Below, one piece after another: positions 1 through 10,640 of a DNA stretch of 64,000 nt. The stretch's first letter is position 1; each line of letters begins with the position of its first letter. Both the position numbers and the translations under genes were made by a program. The stretch is from Alphaproteobacteria bacterium (lineage in GTDB: Bacteria; Pseudomonadota; Alphaproteobacteria; JBFXJJ01). The stretch is taken from assembly GCA_050175015.1 (NCBI GenBank), contig JBFXJJ010000009.1, forward strand, positions 1-64,000. Reading direction: 5' to 3'. A model generated the notes under the pieces. That model searched no databases, had not been told where the DNA came from, and was given only the letters and a program-made list of their open reading frames with translations.

Positions 1-19
1 AGCATAATAGTTTTTTCAT
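1..19 (-). CDS. 5' start of a CDS running off the left edge (MKKLLC..., signal-peptide-like)
   Basis: ATG AAA AAA CTA TTA TGC on the minus strand starting at 19; only 6 codons visible. Confidence 0.3.
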
Positions 20-543
20 AAATTTACTTTAAGGTTTACATTTATAATCGTCGTAATTAAAAGCTTCAATAATTTCATATTTCGTAATTTCCAGAGGCTT
101 TTATCCATAACCGCTTGCTATAAATTGTCCCCATTCTTCCAAATTTAGATCTTTTTTCAATTTTATGGGCAACAACGGAGTTTCTATTATCGTTGCATGG
201 TTTCGTAACAAGCTTTAGTTTTGTTGCTGGCTTTGATGCCTCTCGGCGTTTTTCACCGATAAGGTAATCATTAATAACATCACTTACCGCTACTCTGGAG
301 TTTTTTAACATCTCCTACAGAAAAAGTGTCCCCAAGTTCTTGCAGGGTTCCTTCTCCGCTGACAATCTTATCCCACTTTACTTCCCAGTCTGAACGTTCT
401 TTTTTTTCTTTAGTTTTAGGCTTTCCGCCTATATACATTAGAATTTCTTTGCTTTTAGCCAATGTGAAAATCCTTATAATCATAATCTGATTAAAACTTT
501 GAAATACTTTAGTTTAAATTGATATAAGATACAATAATATTAT

Positions 544-582
544 AAAAAAAGCCCCCTAAACAACGGTCTAAGGGGCTTTTTT
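544..582. terminator. Bidirectional intrinsic terminator
   Basis: A7-GCCCC...GGGGC-T6 hairpin downstream of the minus-strand ORF ending at 618. Confidence 0.7.
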
Positions 583-617
583 ATTTGATAAAGCAAACAA
601 TAGTTTTTTAAATCAAA

Positions 618-866
618 TTACTGAGGATTGGTTTCATCTGTTGTTTCAGAATCAAATTCTGTTTCTGGAGCAGCAAAAGAATCTTCATTCTCTTCCATAT
701 CAGTTTCAACGCCTGTTTCTGGAGCAACAGCTTCATCACCAGTAGCAATAGCTGGATCATATTCTGTTGTTGCTTCTGTTGTTGCAGGTGTTTGTGCATT
801 TACAGCAAAACCAGCAGCAATTAAAAGAGCGATAGAAAGAAGAGCATACAAAAAATTCTTATTCAT
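618..866 (-). CDS. Small secreted acidic low-complexity protein
   Basis: Signal peptide MNKNFLYALLSIALLIAAGFAVNA-Q, then an E/D/T-rich chain; start moved to the ATG at 866; terminator follows. Confidence 0.75.
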   Translation of the reverse strand: MNKNFLYALLSIALLIAAGFAVNAQTPATTEATTEYDPAIATGDEAVAPETGVETDMEENEDSFAAPETEFDSETTDETNPQ

Positions 867-999
867 TTTATTTATTCCTAAAAAAGTTTCAACTAGCTCT
901 AGGAATAGTGTTTTGCACAAGTCAGCATCACAGCTAAGCAGAGCGGAACTCTTCTACGTTAAAATATTTATAAAGTCAATCTACCTATAAAAAAATTAA

Positions 1000-2124
1000 T
1001 TACTTGAAAGCTTTAAAAGATTCTATAATGTAATCTTGGGTGTTTTCGTTCATATATGGGTGCATAGGTGGACTGATTACTTGCTCTGCAAGGCGTTCAC
1101 ATACAGGCAATGCCCTTTTGGAATATTTAGCATAAGCGGTTTGCATATGAACAGGTTTTGGATAATATGCAGCGGTTGGCACACCTTTTTCTTTCAAGAA
1201 TGCTTGGAGCTCATCTCTTCTGTCAGTGAGCATTGTATATTGAGCCCATACCGATGTTGCATTACTCATTACGCTTTGATGCGAGTACATAGGCAGACCT
1301 TCACGATACTTTTTAGCAACAAGATTTCTCTGAGGAAGTTCATCATCAAAAATGTCCATTTTTAATAATAAAATTGCAGCTTGCATAGTATCCAACCTGC
1401 CATTTATGCCAATTCGTATGTTGTCATATTTTTCTTTGCCCATACCGTGAATGCGAATAGACTTTAAAGGTTCAACTAAATTGTCATCATTATAAAAAAC
1501 CGCACCGCCATCACCATAACAGCCAAGAGGTTTTGCAGGGAAAAAGCTTGTACAGGTTATATCAACAATATTTCCAACCTTTTTACCATTGAGAGTTGCA
1601 CCAAAACTTTGAGCGGCATCACTGATAATAAACATATTTTCATCTTTTGCTATTGGAGCAATCGCATCATAGTCAGCAGGCTGACCAAAAATATCAACAG
1701 GAATAATAGCTTTGAGATTTAAGCCGCTTTTTTTGGCAAAGCTTATTGCTTTCTTTAAATCTTCAACGTCCATATTAAAGGTGTCTGGGCGAACATCAAC
1801 AAAAACAGGAGTTGCGCCAAGTAAAACGACAGCTTCTGCCGTTGCAACAAAGGTAAAAGATGGAACAAATACAGCATCACCAACGCCAACATCTTTAGCC
1901 ATAAGAGCAAGAACTAATGCATCAGTTCCGCTGGCACAAGAAAGGGTATGTTTAACTCCACAGTATGTAGAAAGCTTGTTTTCAAGTTCCCCAACTTCTG
2001 GTCCCATTATAAAAGCACAGCTATCTACAATTTTATCGAGAGCTTTGTTAACTTTGTTACCTAACACTTTACGCTGAGCATTTAGGTCAATAAACGCTAT
2101 TGGTTCTACTGGTTTTGCAGTCAT
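1000..2124 (-). CDS. DegT/DnrJ/EryC1/StrS family PLP-dependent sugar aminotransferase (WbpE-like)
   Basis: Motifs SGTDAL, FTFVATAE, DAAQSFGA, SFFPAKPLGCYGDGGA (PLP lysine), NGRLDTMQAA. Confidence 0.93.
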   Translation of the reverse strand: MTAKPVEPIAFIDLNAQRKVLGNKVNKALDKIVDSCAFIMGPEVGELENKLSTYCGVKHTLSCASGTDALVLALMAKDVGVGDAVFVPSFTFVATAEAVVLLGATPVFVDVRPDTFNMDVEDLKKAISFAKKSGLNLKAIIPVDIFGQPADYDAIAPIAKDENMFIISDAAQSFGATLNGKKVGNIVDITCTSFFPAKPLGCYGDGGAVFYNDDNLVEPLKSIRIHGMGKEKYDNIRIGINGRLDTMQAAILLLKMDIFDDELPQRNLVAKKYREGLPMYSHQSVMSNATSVWAQYTMLTDRRDELQAFLKEKGVPTAAYYPKPVHMQTAYAKYSKRALPVCERLAEQVISPPMHPYMNENTQDYIIESFKAFK

Positions 2125-2318
2125 TTTTTTATCCTTAATCTAGGTTGTTTATTTATATTTAGTAGTTTTCTACGATTTTTATGTAATTGACAACACACAA
2201 ATAATTACGCTTTGTAACAAAAATAACCTATTGTTTTGCTTAATTTTTTGGTTAAATAAAAGTAAGGGTAAAGTTTTATGAAATCAAAGTTGAGAAGAAG
2301 TTTTTAAAAATAGGTGTT

Positions 2319-3098
2319 ATGACGAAAAATTCTAAAATAGCAGCAATATTTTTTGCAGTATTTAATGAAAGCAATCTAATAGAAAAAGAAAAAAACAATA
2401 TAAATAATATAATAGCAGAAAATAACGGTAAAATTATAGAAAGCAACGATGTTGCTCTTAATGCTTCCTTTCCCGAAGCAGATGCAGCAGTTGATGCGGC
2501 ACTAGAATTACAAGATTTTATGACATCTAGAAACATTAGTATCCGTATTGGGCTTCACTTCGCTTCCAATACGTCTAAAAATTTTATTGTAGCTTATAGA
2601 ATAGCTGAAAAAACACAGTTTAATCAAATAATGCTTACGGAAAATTTTTTCATTAAGCTTTCAAATCATTATAAATCGCAAGCAAGCTTTGTTAGTAAAA
2701 TAATAGGCTGTGATGAAAATCCTCTGAGTTTGTATACCTTTAATAAAACTGTTTATGATTCTAATAAACATCTTAAACTTTTGCTTTCACATAAAAACCA
2801 AGAGACAATCCTTATTGGACTTTATGATTATGTTTTAGGTAAAAGTGATGATTGTGATTTGGTTATAAAATATAGTGAAGCTTCTGATCACCACGCAGTT
2901 ATAACTCGTAAGAAAGACTCTTTTATCATTAAAGATATGAGTGAAAAAGGGACGTATATAAAAGCAGTTTTTGCCATAGAAGAAAGTTTTATTAAGAATG
3001 AAGAAACCGCCCTTTGTGATACCGGAGTAATCTCATTGGGCGGTTCTTTAAAAGATAATAAAAAAGAAATTATAAAATATAAAGTTATTAAATCATAA
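2319..3098 (+). CDS. Degenerate class III adenylate/guanylate cyclase-like domain fused to an FHA domain
   Basis: N-terminal GKII..ALNASFP..DAAVDAALELQ..IRIGLH; C-terminal LGKSDDCDLVI..ASDHHAVI..IKDMSEKGTYI (FHA pattern). Confidence 0.75.
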   Translation: MTKNSKIAAIFFAVFNESNLIEKEKNNINNIIAENNGKIIESNDVALNASFPEADAAVDAALELQDFMTSRNISIRIGLHFASNTSKNFIVAYRIAEKTQFNQIMLTENFFIKLSNHYKSQASFVSKIIGCDENPLSLYTFNKTVYDSNKHLKLLLSHKNQETILIGLYDYVLGKSDDCDLVIKYSEASDHHAVITRKKDSFIIKDMSEKGTYIKAVFAIEESFIKNEETALCDTGVISLGGSLKDNKKEIIKYKVIKS

Positions 3099-3107
3099 AA
3101 TTTCTAA

Positions 3108-4505
3108 TTATCTTTGTGTTTGCTTCTTCGCAATAGCTTCTTTAGTAGCATCTTTCTTTGGTGCGGCTTTGGTCGTTGTTTTTGCCGCAGCTTTTGCTAC
3201 CGTCTTTGTTGCTGCTTTGGCAACTGTTTTTGTTGCAGCTTTTGCCTGTGCAGGATTAATAATATTTTTAATCGCTTTGTTTTGTAATTTTGTTTGCATA
3301 GACAATTTATCAATTGCTTTAACAATATGACGGACTTCAACTTTTCCAGGTTCCTGACCTTTTTCAGAAGCAACTGCTGTATTAATAGTGTGCATTACAG
3401 CATTCTTAAAGGTTTCTTTGTTAAGGTCTTTATCAACGTCTAATTTCCCAAAATTAGGATTTTTGTTATCAACGATAGATAATTTAAGGCTAGATGTTAA
3501 AGCATCAATAGCGACTTTGTTTAAAGTTAAGCTTTTCTTAAAGTTGCCGTATTCGCCAGCCAAAGCTTTATCAAAGTCTTTAGCAACAATTTTGACATCT
3601 TTAGGAAAACTGTTGTTTTCAGCTTTATCATAACCGTATTTGAAAGAATTCTTAACAATCTTCTTCTCGCGAGCAGATAGTTTTTTCTCTGGATTAGCTT
3701 CAAGAGCAGTTTTAATTTCTGCAAATTCATTTTTCCAGACAGCGAACTGTTTGTCACGTAATTTTGCAATATCACCATCAAATTTGCGTTTGTTGTTTTT
3801 AAGAAATTCTCCGGCAAGATTTTCGATCTTAGCGAAAGATTCTTTGTATTCAGCAGGAACGTCTTTTGCAGTTTCAGGAGCTTCTTGTTTTTTAGCTTCT
3901 GGAGTCTGTTTGTTCTGCATTTCTTTTTCGCTTGGATTGTAAATCATACCGCCTTCTTTGTCTTGAGCAGTCTTTTGCTGTTCTTGCTCTGCGGTTTGAC
4001 CTTTAGCTTGGGCATAAAGCTGCTTGGCTAAAGATTTAAGTTCTTCAGGAGGGTTGTAGCCATTGAGTAAGCAATCAACGCCATTTTTAGCGCAGGCTAA
4101 ATAAAGATTGGCTTTAAATTCATCACTGCAGTTAGGTCCAATAGCAACGGCTCTCCAACCTCTATCTAAGCTGGCTTTAACAATTTTGTCGAAGTCTTCA
4201 GGCTGAGGAGTTTGACCGTCTTTGCCAGACATAGTCATTGATGAACCTTTATCTTTAATAGAAGTTCCGCTTTCAAGAGTAACATCTATTGCATCACCTT
4301 CAACAGCAGGCTCAGCATTGGTAATTCCAGCTTGTTTTTTCCAGTAATCAACAAGTTGCTCTAAGTCATACTGTTTTGGTTTAAATTCTTCTTGAAGATC
4401 GTAAGCAAGATTTTTGGTATTTCTTCTTTCTTTCTTCTTTTTTGCTTTTATTGCTTCTTCTGAAAGTTCATCTTCACTGTCGTAAATTTTGTTTTCTTCA
4501 GCCAT
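3108..4505 (-). CDS. LPD7-like domain protein with K/A/T-rich basic C-terminal tail
   Basis: GTSIKDKGSSM...LDRGWRAVAIGPNCSDEFKANLYLACAKNGV...GYNPP resembles the LPD7 pattern; start taken at ATG 4505 (MAEENK). Confidence 0.6.
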   Translation of the reverse strand: MAEENKIYDSEDELSEEAIKAKKKKERRNTKNLAYDLQEEFKPKQYDLEQLVDYWKKQAGITNAEPAVEGDAIDVTLESGTSIKDKGSSMTMSGKDGQTPQPEDFDKIVKASLDRGWRAVAIGPNCSDEFKANLYLACAKNGVDCLLNGYNPPEELKSLAKQLYAQAKGQTAEQEQQKTAQDKEGGMIYNPSEKEMQNKQTPEAKKQEAPETAKDVPAEYKESFAKIENLAGEFLKNNKRKFDGDIAKLRDKQFAVWKNEFAEIKTALEANPEKKLSAREKKIVKNSFKYGYDKAENNSFPKDVKIVAKDFDKALAGEYGNFKKSLTLNKVAIDALTSSLKLSIVDNKNPNFGKLDVDKDLNKETFKNAVMHTINTAVASEKGQEPGKVEVRHIVKAIDKLSMQTKLQNKAIKNIINPAQAKAATKTVAKAATKTVAKAAAKTTTKAAPKKDATKEAIAKKQTQR

Positions 4506-4622
4506 ATCTTGTAACTCCAAATAATTAAGCACATCTTTAACTATACCCAAGTTAGCATAAATTTTAGTGCAGTTCAAGACACAATAAAAATTTTTTTGTT
4601 AAATTTTTGAGACACAATAGAC

Positions 4623-4664
4623 AAAAACACCACATCAAATTTTGTTTGAAATGTGGTGTTTTTT
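4623..4664. terminator. Intrinsic terminator after pgk
   Basis: AAAAACACCACAT...ATGTGGTGTTTTT inverted repeat. Confidence 0.75.
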
Positions 4665-4715
4665 AAGGTTACGAGTCTAAAAAAGTCAAAATATAGACAA
4701 TTAAATTTTCATAAA

Positions 4716-5918
4716 TTAATGATAAAGCGCAACAACTCCAGGGAGTTCTTTTCCTTCCATCCATTCAAGAAAAGCGCCGCCTGCGGTTGAAATATATGAA
4801 AAATCAGATTTCACGCCAGCACAGTTAAGAGCAGAAACGGTATCTCCGCCGCCAGCAACAGTCAAAAGCTTGCCTTCTTTAGTAAGCTTTGCCGCTGCTT
4901 TAGCAACAAGATTGGTTGCGGCATCAAAAGGTTTCTTTTCAAAAGCGCCTAAAGGACCATTCCAAACAAGTGTTTTGCAAGATGAAAGTTTTTCAGCCAA
5001 AACTTTAGCACTTTCTGGACCAACATCTAAAATCATCATATCTGATGGCACATCATTTACACCTACTACTTTGTTAGGAGCGTTATCAGCAAATTCTGAG
5101 GCAACAACAACATCAGTAGGAAGTACAATTTCACATTTTGCAACTTCAGCTTTTTTGATAATTTCTTTAGCAGTATCAGCCATTTCTTTTTCGCATAATG
5201 ACGCACCAACATTTACACCTTTAGCATAAAGGAAGGTGTTAGCCATACCGCCACCAATTACAAGAACGTCAACCTTAGAAACAAGATTTCCTAAAAGATC
5301 AAGTTTAGTAGAAACTTTAGCGCCTCCAACAAGGGCGGCAACAGGACGTTTTGGAGTACCAAGAGCAGCGTCAAGGGCTTCTAGTTCTTCTTGCATAAGC
5401 AATCCAGCGGCATTAGGAAGAAGTTTTGCCATACCCTCGGTTGAAGCGTGAGCTCTGTGGGCTGATGAAAAAGCATCATTAACATAGATATCAGCAAGTT
5501 TAGCTAATTTTTTAGCAAAATCAGCATCATTTTTTTCTTCTTCGGCATAAAAACGCAAGTTTTCAAGAACTAAGACTGAACCTTCTTTTAAGTTCTTTAC
5601 CATTTCTTCAACTTCTTCTCCAATGCAATCTGGAGCGAGAGTAACATTTACAGAACCGCCTAGAGCTTTTTTCATAGGTTCAATTACTGGTTTTAAAGAG
5701 TATTTCGCATTTTTTTCACCTTTAGGACGACCTAAGTGAGAAGAAACTAAAACTTTAGCGCCTTTTTTTAATAAGGCTTGAATTGTTGGGGCTGTTCTAT
5801 CAATTCGAGTCGTACTGGTAACATTTAGGTTGTCATCAAGAGGAACATTTAAATCAGCTCTAACAAAAACGGTTTTGCCTTTAACATCTAGGCTATCAAT
5901 GGTATTAAATTTAGACAT
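4716..5918 (-). CDS. pgk: Phosphoglycerate kinase
   Basis: [44 protein letters not shown]. Confidence 0.98.
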   Translation of the reverse strand: MSKFNTIDSLDVKGKTVFVRADLNVPLDDNLNVTSTTRIDRTAPTIQALLKKGAKVLVSSHLGRPKGEKNAKYSLKPVIEPMKKALGGSVNVTLAPDCIGEEVEEMVKNLKEGSVLVLENLRFYAEEEKNDADFAKKLAKLADIYVNDAFSSAHRAHASTEGMAKLLPNAAGLLMQEELEALDAALGTPKRPVAALVGGAKVSTKLDLLGNLVSKVDVLVIGGGMANTFLYAKGVNVGASLCEKEMADTAKEIIKKAEVAKCEIVLPTDVVVASEFADNAPNKVVGVNDVPSDMMILDVGPESAKVLAEKLSSCKTLVWNGPLGAFEKKPFDAATNLVAKAAAKLTKEGKLLTVAGGGDTVSALNCAGVKSDFSYISTAGGAFLEWMEGKELPGVVALYH

Positions 5919-5951
5919 TATAAAAAAATCTCCTTTAAAAGTGTTTTTGGC

Positions 5952-5984
5952 AAAAAGCCCTCTAAATCAATAGAGGGCTTTTTT
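5952..5984. terminator. Intrinsic terminator between gap and pgk
   Basis: AAAAAGCCCTCTA-loop-TAGAGGGCTTTTTT. Confidence 0.7.
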
Positions 5985-6019
5985 AGTGTCTTTTTTATTT
6001 TCTTAAAAATTTTTAAGAA

Positions 6020-7030
6020 TTACAAAAATTTGCCCATAGCAACTGCTGTATCGAGCATGCGGCCAGAGAAGCCCCATTCGTTGTCATACCAAGAAACAAC
6101 TCTTAAGAATTTGCCGTCGATAACTTTGGTTTGACCGGCGTCAAATGTTGAGCTGTGTGGATCATGGTTGAAATCAGAAGAAACGAGAGGTTTATCATTG
6201 TAAGCAAGAATGCCTTTTAATTTGCCTTCGGCAGCTTCTTTAAGAGCAGCATTTACAGATTCATCTGTTGCTTCTTTTGAAAGAGTGCAGCAAAGATCAA
6301 CTAAAGATACGTTAGGAGTTGGAACTCTGATAGCTGAACCTTTTAATTTGCCAGAAAGTTCAGGTAAAACAAGACCAACAGCTTGAGCTGCACCTGTTGT
6401 TGTAGGAATCATGGAAAGAGCAGCAGCTCTTGCACGATAGAAATCTTTTTTGTGAATGGTATCAACAGTTTTTTGATCGCCAGTATATGAGTGAATGGTT
6501 GTCATATAACCGCATTCAATACCAAATTTTTCTTGAAGAACATAAGCAACTGGAGCGAGACAGTTGGTTGTGCAAGATGCATTAGAAACAACTTTGTGTT
6601 CTGCGGTTAATTTGTCATGGTTAACACCATAAACAACTGTTAAATCAGCACCTTTTGAAGGAGCAGATACTAAAACTCTTTTAGCGCCAGCATCAAGGTG
6701 AACTAAAGCTTTTTCTTTATCTGTGAAGATACCTGTGCATTCCATGCAAACATCAATATTTAATTCTTTCCAAGGAAGATTTTTTGGTTCTTTTTCAGCT
6801 ATAACTTTAATGGTATGTCTACCAACTTTGATTGAATCGCCTTCAACTGATACATCATATGGGAAAGTTCCATGAACTGAGTCATATTTAATTAAATGGG
6901 CGTTAGCTTCTGCTGAACCGAGATCGTTGACGGCAACGATTTCAATATCTTTTCTATCTTGTTCAACAAAAGATCTCAGAACCAAACGGCCAATGCGTCC
7001 AAAACCATTGATTGCTACACGAACTGTCAT
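6020..7030 (-). CDS. gap: Type I glyceraldehyde-3-phosphate dehydrogenase
   Basis: [30 protein letters not shown]. Confidence 0.98.
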   Translation of the reverse strand: MTVRVAINGFGRIGRLVLRSFVEQDRKDIEIVAVNDLGSAEANAHLIKYDSVHGTFPYDVSVEGDSIKVGRHTIKVIAEKEPKNLPWKELNIDVCMECTGIFTDKEKALVHLDAGAKRVLVSAPSKGADLTVVYGVNHDKLTAEHKVVSNASCTTNCLAPVAYVLQEKFGIECGYMTTIHSYTGDQKTVDTIHKKDFYRARAAALSMIPTTTGAAQAVGLVLPELSGKLKGSAIRVPTPNVSLVDLCCTLSKEATDESVNAALKEAAEGKLKGILAYNDKPLVSSDFNHDPHSSTFDAGQTKVIDGKFLRVVSWYDNEWGFSGRMLDTAVAMGKFL

Positions 7031-7149
7031 TTTATTATATTCCTTTCTATTATTAACATGATAAAAACATTTTGGTTGTTTTTATATGCTTCTTTCTCTC
7101 ACAAAATTAATTTAAAATCCAGAATTATCGTCTACTAAATGTAATTTTT

Positions 7150-7659
7150 TTACCAAGTGTTGTAATGAATCAATTTTTCATCATATCTACTCTCGGTTTT
7201 AGGATTACCAATGGGATAACCAATCACAGCAATACCAAGGGGAAGAATGTTTTCAGGCAGATTAAGTAGCTCTTTTAAGCCTTTCATTCTATCTTCTTCT
7301 GGGTAAATACCAAGCCATACGCCGCCAAGGCCTAAGCCATGAGCTGCAAGCAGCAAGTTTTCCATTGATGCCGAGCAATCTTGAATCCAAGTACCTTTAT
7401 GTTTTTCTTTGTCAGGATTGCCGCAGACAACGATGCCAAGAGGAGCTTCTTTAGTCATAGAGGCCCATTTGTGAAAATTGCCGATTTGATCTAGTTTTTC
7501 TCTGTCAGTCATAACAACAAATTCCCAAGGCAGCTGTCTCCCTGCACTTGGAGCCTGCATTGCAGCTTCTAGAATTTTGGTTAATTTTTCATCTTCTATT
7601 TTAGATGGGGTAAAACTTCTAACACTTTTCCTTGTAATTAGGGCTTCAAAAAGTTCCAT
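7150..7659 (-). CDS. Nitroreductase family protein
   Basis: RKSVRSF, APSAG..PWEF, ENLLLAAHGLGLGGVW, IGYP. Confidence 0.9.
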   Translation of the reverse strand: MELFEALITRKSVRSFTPSKIEDEKLTKILEAAMQAPSAGRQLPWEFVVMTDREKLDQIGNFHKWASMTKEAPLGIVVCGNPDKEKHKGTWIQDCSASMENLLLAAHGLGLGGVWLGIYPEEDRMKGLKELLNLPENILPLGIAVIGYPIGNPKTESRYDEKLIHYNTW

Positions 7660-7740
7660 AAGATTACTCTCCTTTATTTGATGTTTAAATTTAAAGCATA
7701 TATGTTATATTTTTATTTTTTTCCTATATAGGGTGGAGTT

Positions 7741-8049
7741 ATGATAAAAACAACAGCAATAAGTTTTTTATTTTTAATAATCTCTAGCTGTACTTTTAAG
7801 CCTTTTGTTGACGCTAGGCGGGAAGCTGGTTCTGAAGATATTGTTGGTATTTCGACTCCTGATTATCCTGCGGTTTGTTATAATTCTCACTATACAACTC
7901 CGAAAGAGGTGTATGAAATGGCGGACAAAGAATGTGCAAAAACAGGACGCAAAGCCGAGTTCTTTATGCAGACAAAGTTCACCTGTAAATTATTTATACC
8001 AAATCACGCTATTTATCGTTGTGTTGGGGGGCAGGCTCAGACCCCTTAG
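7741..8049 (+). CDS. Small lipoprotein with four further cysteines
   Basis: Lipobox IISSC, GGAG ribosome-binding site; VCYN...A..EC...CKL...YRC. Confidence 0.7.
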   Translation: MIKTTAISFLFLIISSCTFKPFVDARREAGSEDIVGISTPDYPAVCYNSHYTTPKEVYEMADKECAKTGRKAEFFMQTKFTCKLFIPNHAIYRCVGGQAQTP

Positions 8050-10453
8050 TTACAAGCGGAGTTGCAAAATGAACGACTCTTTGAGGGAATGGGATTTCAA
8101 TATGAGTTTCAATAAAGAGCTTGTTAATTTCAAAACGCAATTCGCTGGCAACAAAACGTTTGTCAACAACGTTGGCGGTAAAACAGTGGAGCTCAAAATT
8201 TAAGCTGCTTTCTCCAAAGTCCATAAATAAGACTCTAGGAGAAGGAAACTTTAGAACACGTTCATTAGAGCGGGCAGCTTTTAATAAAACACTTCGTACC
8301 TTTTCGACATCAGAGCCATAAGAAACCCCAACAGGTATTTCTATTCGTCCATAGCGATCTTTGTGAGTCAAATTGACAAGATAATTAGATATAATATCAG
8401 CATTAGGAACAATAACAGATGCCCTTTGAAAGGTTTCTAGTTCGGTTGCTCTTATGTTTATTTGTTTAACAAGTCCTTCTTTATCACTGACAATAATCCA
8501 ATCTCCGACCTTTATGGGGCGTTCTAAGAGAATAATTATGCCTGAGACAAAGTTATTAACGAGATTTTGAAGACCAAAACCGATACCAACTGATAAAGCA
8601 CCAGCAACGAGAGCAAGATTGGTTAAATCTATCCCCATAACGATAACAGCCAGCGCCGCAGCAATAATAACGCCGATATATCCTATTCCTGCTGCTAAAG
8701 AATGCTGAATACTTATATCTAATTTAGTTTCAGACAAGACTCTTTCAACAAGGCGTTTTCGAGCAAATTTTGAAAGAAAAATAACCGAAACAAAGACTAT
8801 CATAGCAAGGACGATGCCTATGAGTGAAATGTTAACACCGCCGACAGAAAATCCGGTTAGAGCTTTGATAACCCAATGCATCATATCTTGTCTAGGTACA
8901 CCCCAAGCAGGGAGCAGCAACATTAAAATCAAGAAAATAAGAATAGGGTCAACTGCTAAAGCTAAGAAAAATTTTAACTTTCGCAGACCTTTAAAGCCGA
9001 TGCCTAATTTCTTTCTGATAATTCCTGAAAACATAAGGAAACGGATCATTTCTAATAAAAGACCACGGAACAGCAAGAAAACAATGGCAGAAAGCCCTGT
9101 ATATGCAAGTCTTGTAATTAAGAAGCGTCCAAATGCCATATATCCAATTAAATAGGCAGCCAGACCAGCTACAGAAACAAAGCCAACTAAGAACCTGACA
9201 AATGACCAGTAGTCTTCATCTTCATATTCTTCTACATCTTCACCATTTTCCGATATCTTAAGATGAGAAGTCTTCTCATCATCTTCGTCATCGTTAAGTT
9301 TATCGCTCCAAAGACGAGCATTCATTAATGATATGATTAAAAACGCTTGAAAACAGCCCAAGACAGCGGATCCAAAAACAATTAAGTCGGAAGAACTGTC
9401 AAACTCGCTGGTCGCTGTTAGAAATAGCCCTTGAGTGGCAAAAACTAAAACTAGAAAATCAATTAAATGTCCTAACGACTTAGTCTTTTCAAGAGGAATA
9501 GGAAACAAGTTCCATTCTGGTGATGGGGGGGAAAAAAAGGATTTTGAAAAAATAAAGACAATAGATGTTATTAGAAACCAAAATAAGAAGCTTTTAGAAA
9601 GATTAATGATTGTCTCTGAGAAAATATCATTAAATTCTGATATCCAAAAATAAACACCCATAACAAAAGTTGCGTAAACAAAACTTTTGCCGCAAGCTTC
9701 AATAAAAGCTACAACCAATCTTCGACTATAGCTAGGCTCTGTTGTTTTACATCTTACGCAAAACTTTTTTAAAAGCATTCGGCTAGCAAACCAGACGAAA
9801 AATGAAGACAGCAAAATTAGGAAAATAACAGGAGTGGAATCAATGAAGAGTCTTTTCTTGTGAGTGCTATCAGTATGGCGGTACCAATCAATAGGAGTGG
9901 TAAGAATTTTGCCCAGCAGATCAATGAATTCAGGAACAGCTTTAATAACAATAGATGGATATATAGGTATAGGACCACGCTCAGTTAATTTGCTGATAAG
10001 CATTTTGCGATTTATTACTGATAAAACACTGTCATTTTTGTTGATTTCTGCAATTATATCATCAATTTCTTCAAGTTTGGATAAATCAGTATTGTAATCC
10101 TTATCCAAGGCTTGTTTCTTAGCTGAAAATTCTTTTGTTATACTTTTTTCGTTTCCACTTTGTGCTTGATTTTGAGTTATCGTTTCAATACGTTTTTGCA
10201 AGATATCGGCATCGTATGTTATCTGCTCTTTTTCAGCATAAGAATCCTGCCTTATTTGTGATAAAAGTTCACGATTTGCCGTAATAGTTTCTTGAGTAAA
10301 TTGAGCCTTATCAATAAAAGTTTCAACCGAAAGGAGTTTTTCTTTTATGGTTGAAAGTTCATCAGATTTTGTTGATACACAAAAAAGGTTGTTGAAAAAA
10401 ACGATAAAAGTGAAAATAGATAAAATTTTCAGATTTTTAAGAATGAAACCCAA
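8009..10453 (-). CDS. Large MscS-family mechanosensitive channel (MscK-like)
   Basis: GALSVGIGFGLQNLVNNFVSGIIILLERPIKVGDWI, VGVSYGSD, IEIPFPQR; N-terminal coiled coil and many TM helices. Confidence 0.93.
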   Translation of the reverse strand: MGFILKNLKILSIFTFIVFFNNLFCVSTKSDELSTIKEKLLSVETFIDKAQFTQETITANRELLSQIRQDSYAEKEQITYDADILQKRIETITQNQAQSGNEKSITKEFSAKKQALDKDYNTDLSKLEEIDDIIAEINKNDSVLSVINRKMLISKLTERGPIPIYPSIVIKAVPEFIDLLGKILTTPIDWYRHTDSTHKKRLFIDSTPVIFLILLSSFFVWFASRMLLKKFCVRCKTTEPSYSRRLVVAFIEACGKSFVYATFVMGVYFWISEFNDIFSETIINLSKSFLFWFLITSIVFIFSKSFFSPPSPEWNLFPIPLEKTKSLGHLIDFLVLVFATQGLFLTATSEFDSSSDLIVFGSAVLGCFQAFLIISLMNARLWSDKLNDDEDDEKTSHLKISENGEDVEEYEDEDYWSFVRFLVGFVSVAGLAAYLIGYMAFGRFLITRLAYTGLSAIVFLLFRGLLLEMIRFLMFSGIIRKKLGIGFKGLRKLKFFLALAVDPILIFLILMLLLPAWGVPRQDMMHWVIKALTGFSVGGVNISLIGIVLAMIVFVSVIFLSKFARKRLVERVLSETKLDISIQHSLAAGIGYIGVIIAAALAVIVMGIDLTNLALVAGALSVGIGFGLQNLVNNFVSGIIILLERPIKVGDWIIVSDKEGLVKQINIRATELETFQRASVIVPNADIISNYLVNLTHKDRYGRIEIPVGVSYGSDVEKVRSVLLKAARSNERVLKFPSPRVLFMDFGESSLNFELHCFTANVVDKRFVASELRFEINKLFIETHIEIPFPQRVVHFATPLVTKGSEPAPQHNDK

Positions 10454-10640
10454 ATGAAAAAACTCCTAAAAATAAATTTTTTTATTTTTATGCTGTTTAA
10501 ACATTACCGTAAAGTTTGATGTTTTTTAGCAAAAAAATCTTTAAGAAATAGAATACAAACAAAGTTTATTTGTTGCAAGCCGTCCCTTTTAATATAGTAT
10601 GTTTTAAACACAAAAATATTTTTAGTAAAATGTGTAAAAA

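Noticed and set aside
628-990. Plus-strand 120-aa ORF and the many other antisense or nested ORFs in the track (e.g. 1712-2077, 4870-5229, 24040-24417)
   Set aside because: They are shadows of well-supported genes on the opposite strand or frame, with no motifs or ribosome-binding sites
4578-4620. GACACAATA direct repeat upstream of the LPD7-like gene
   Set aside because: Only two 9-bp copies, and I did not find them upstream of the other tail-bearing genes
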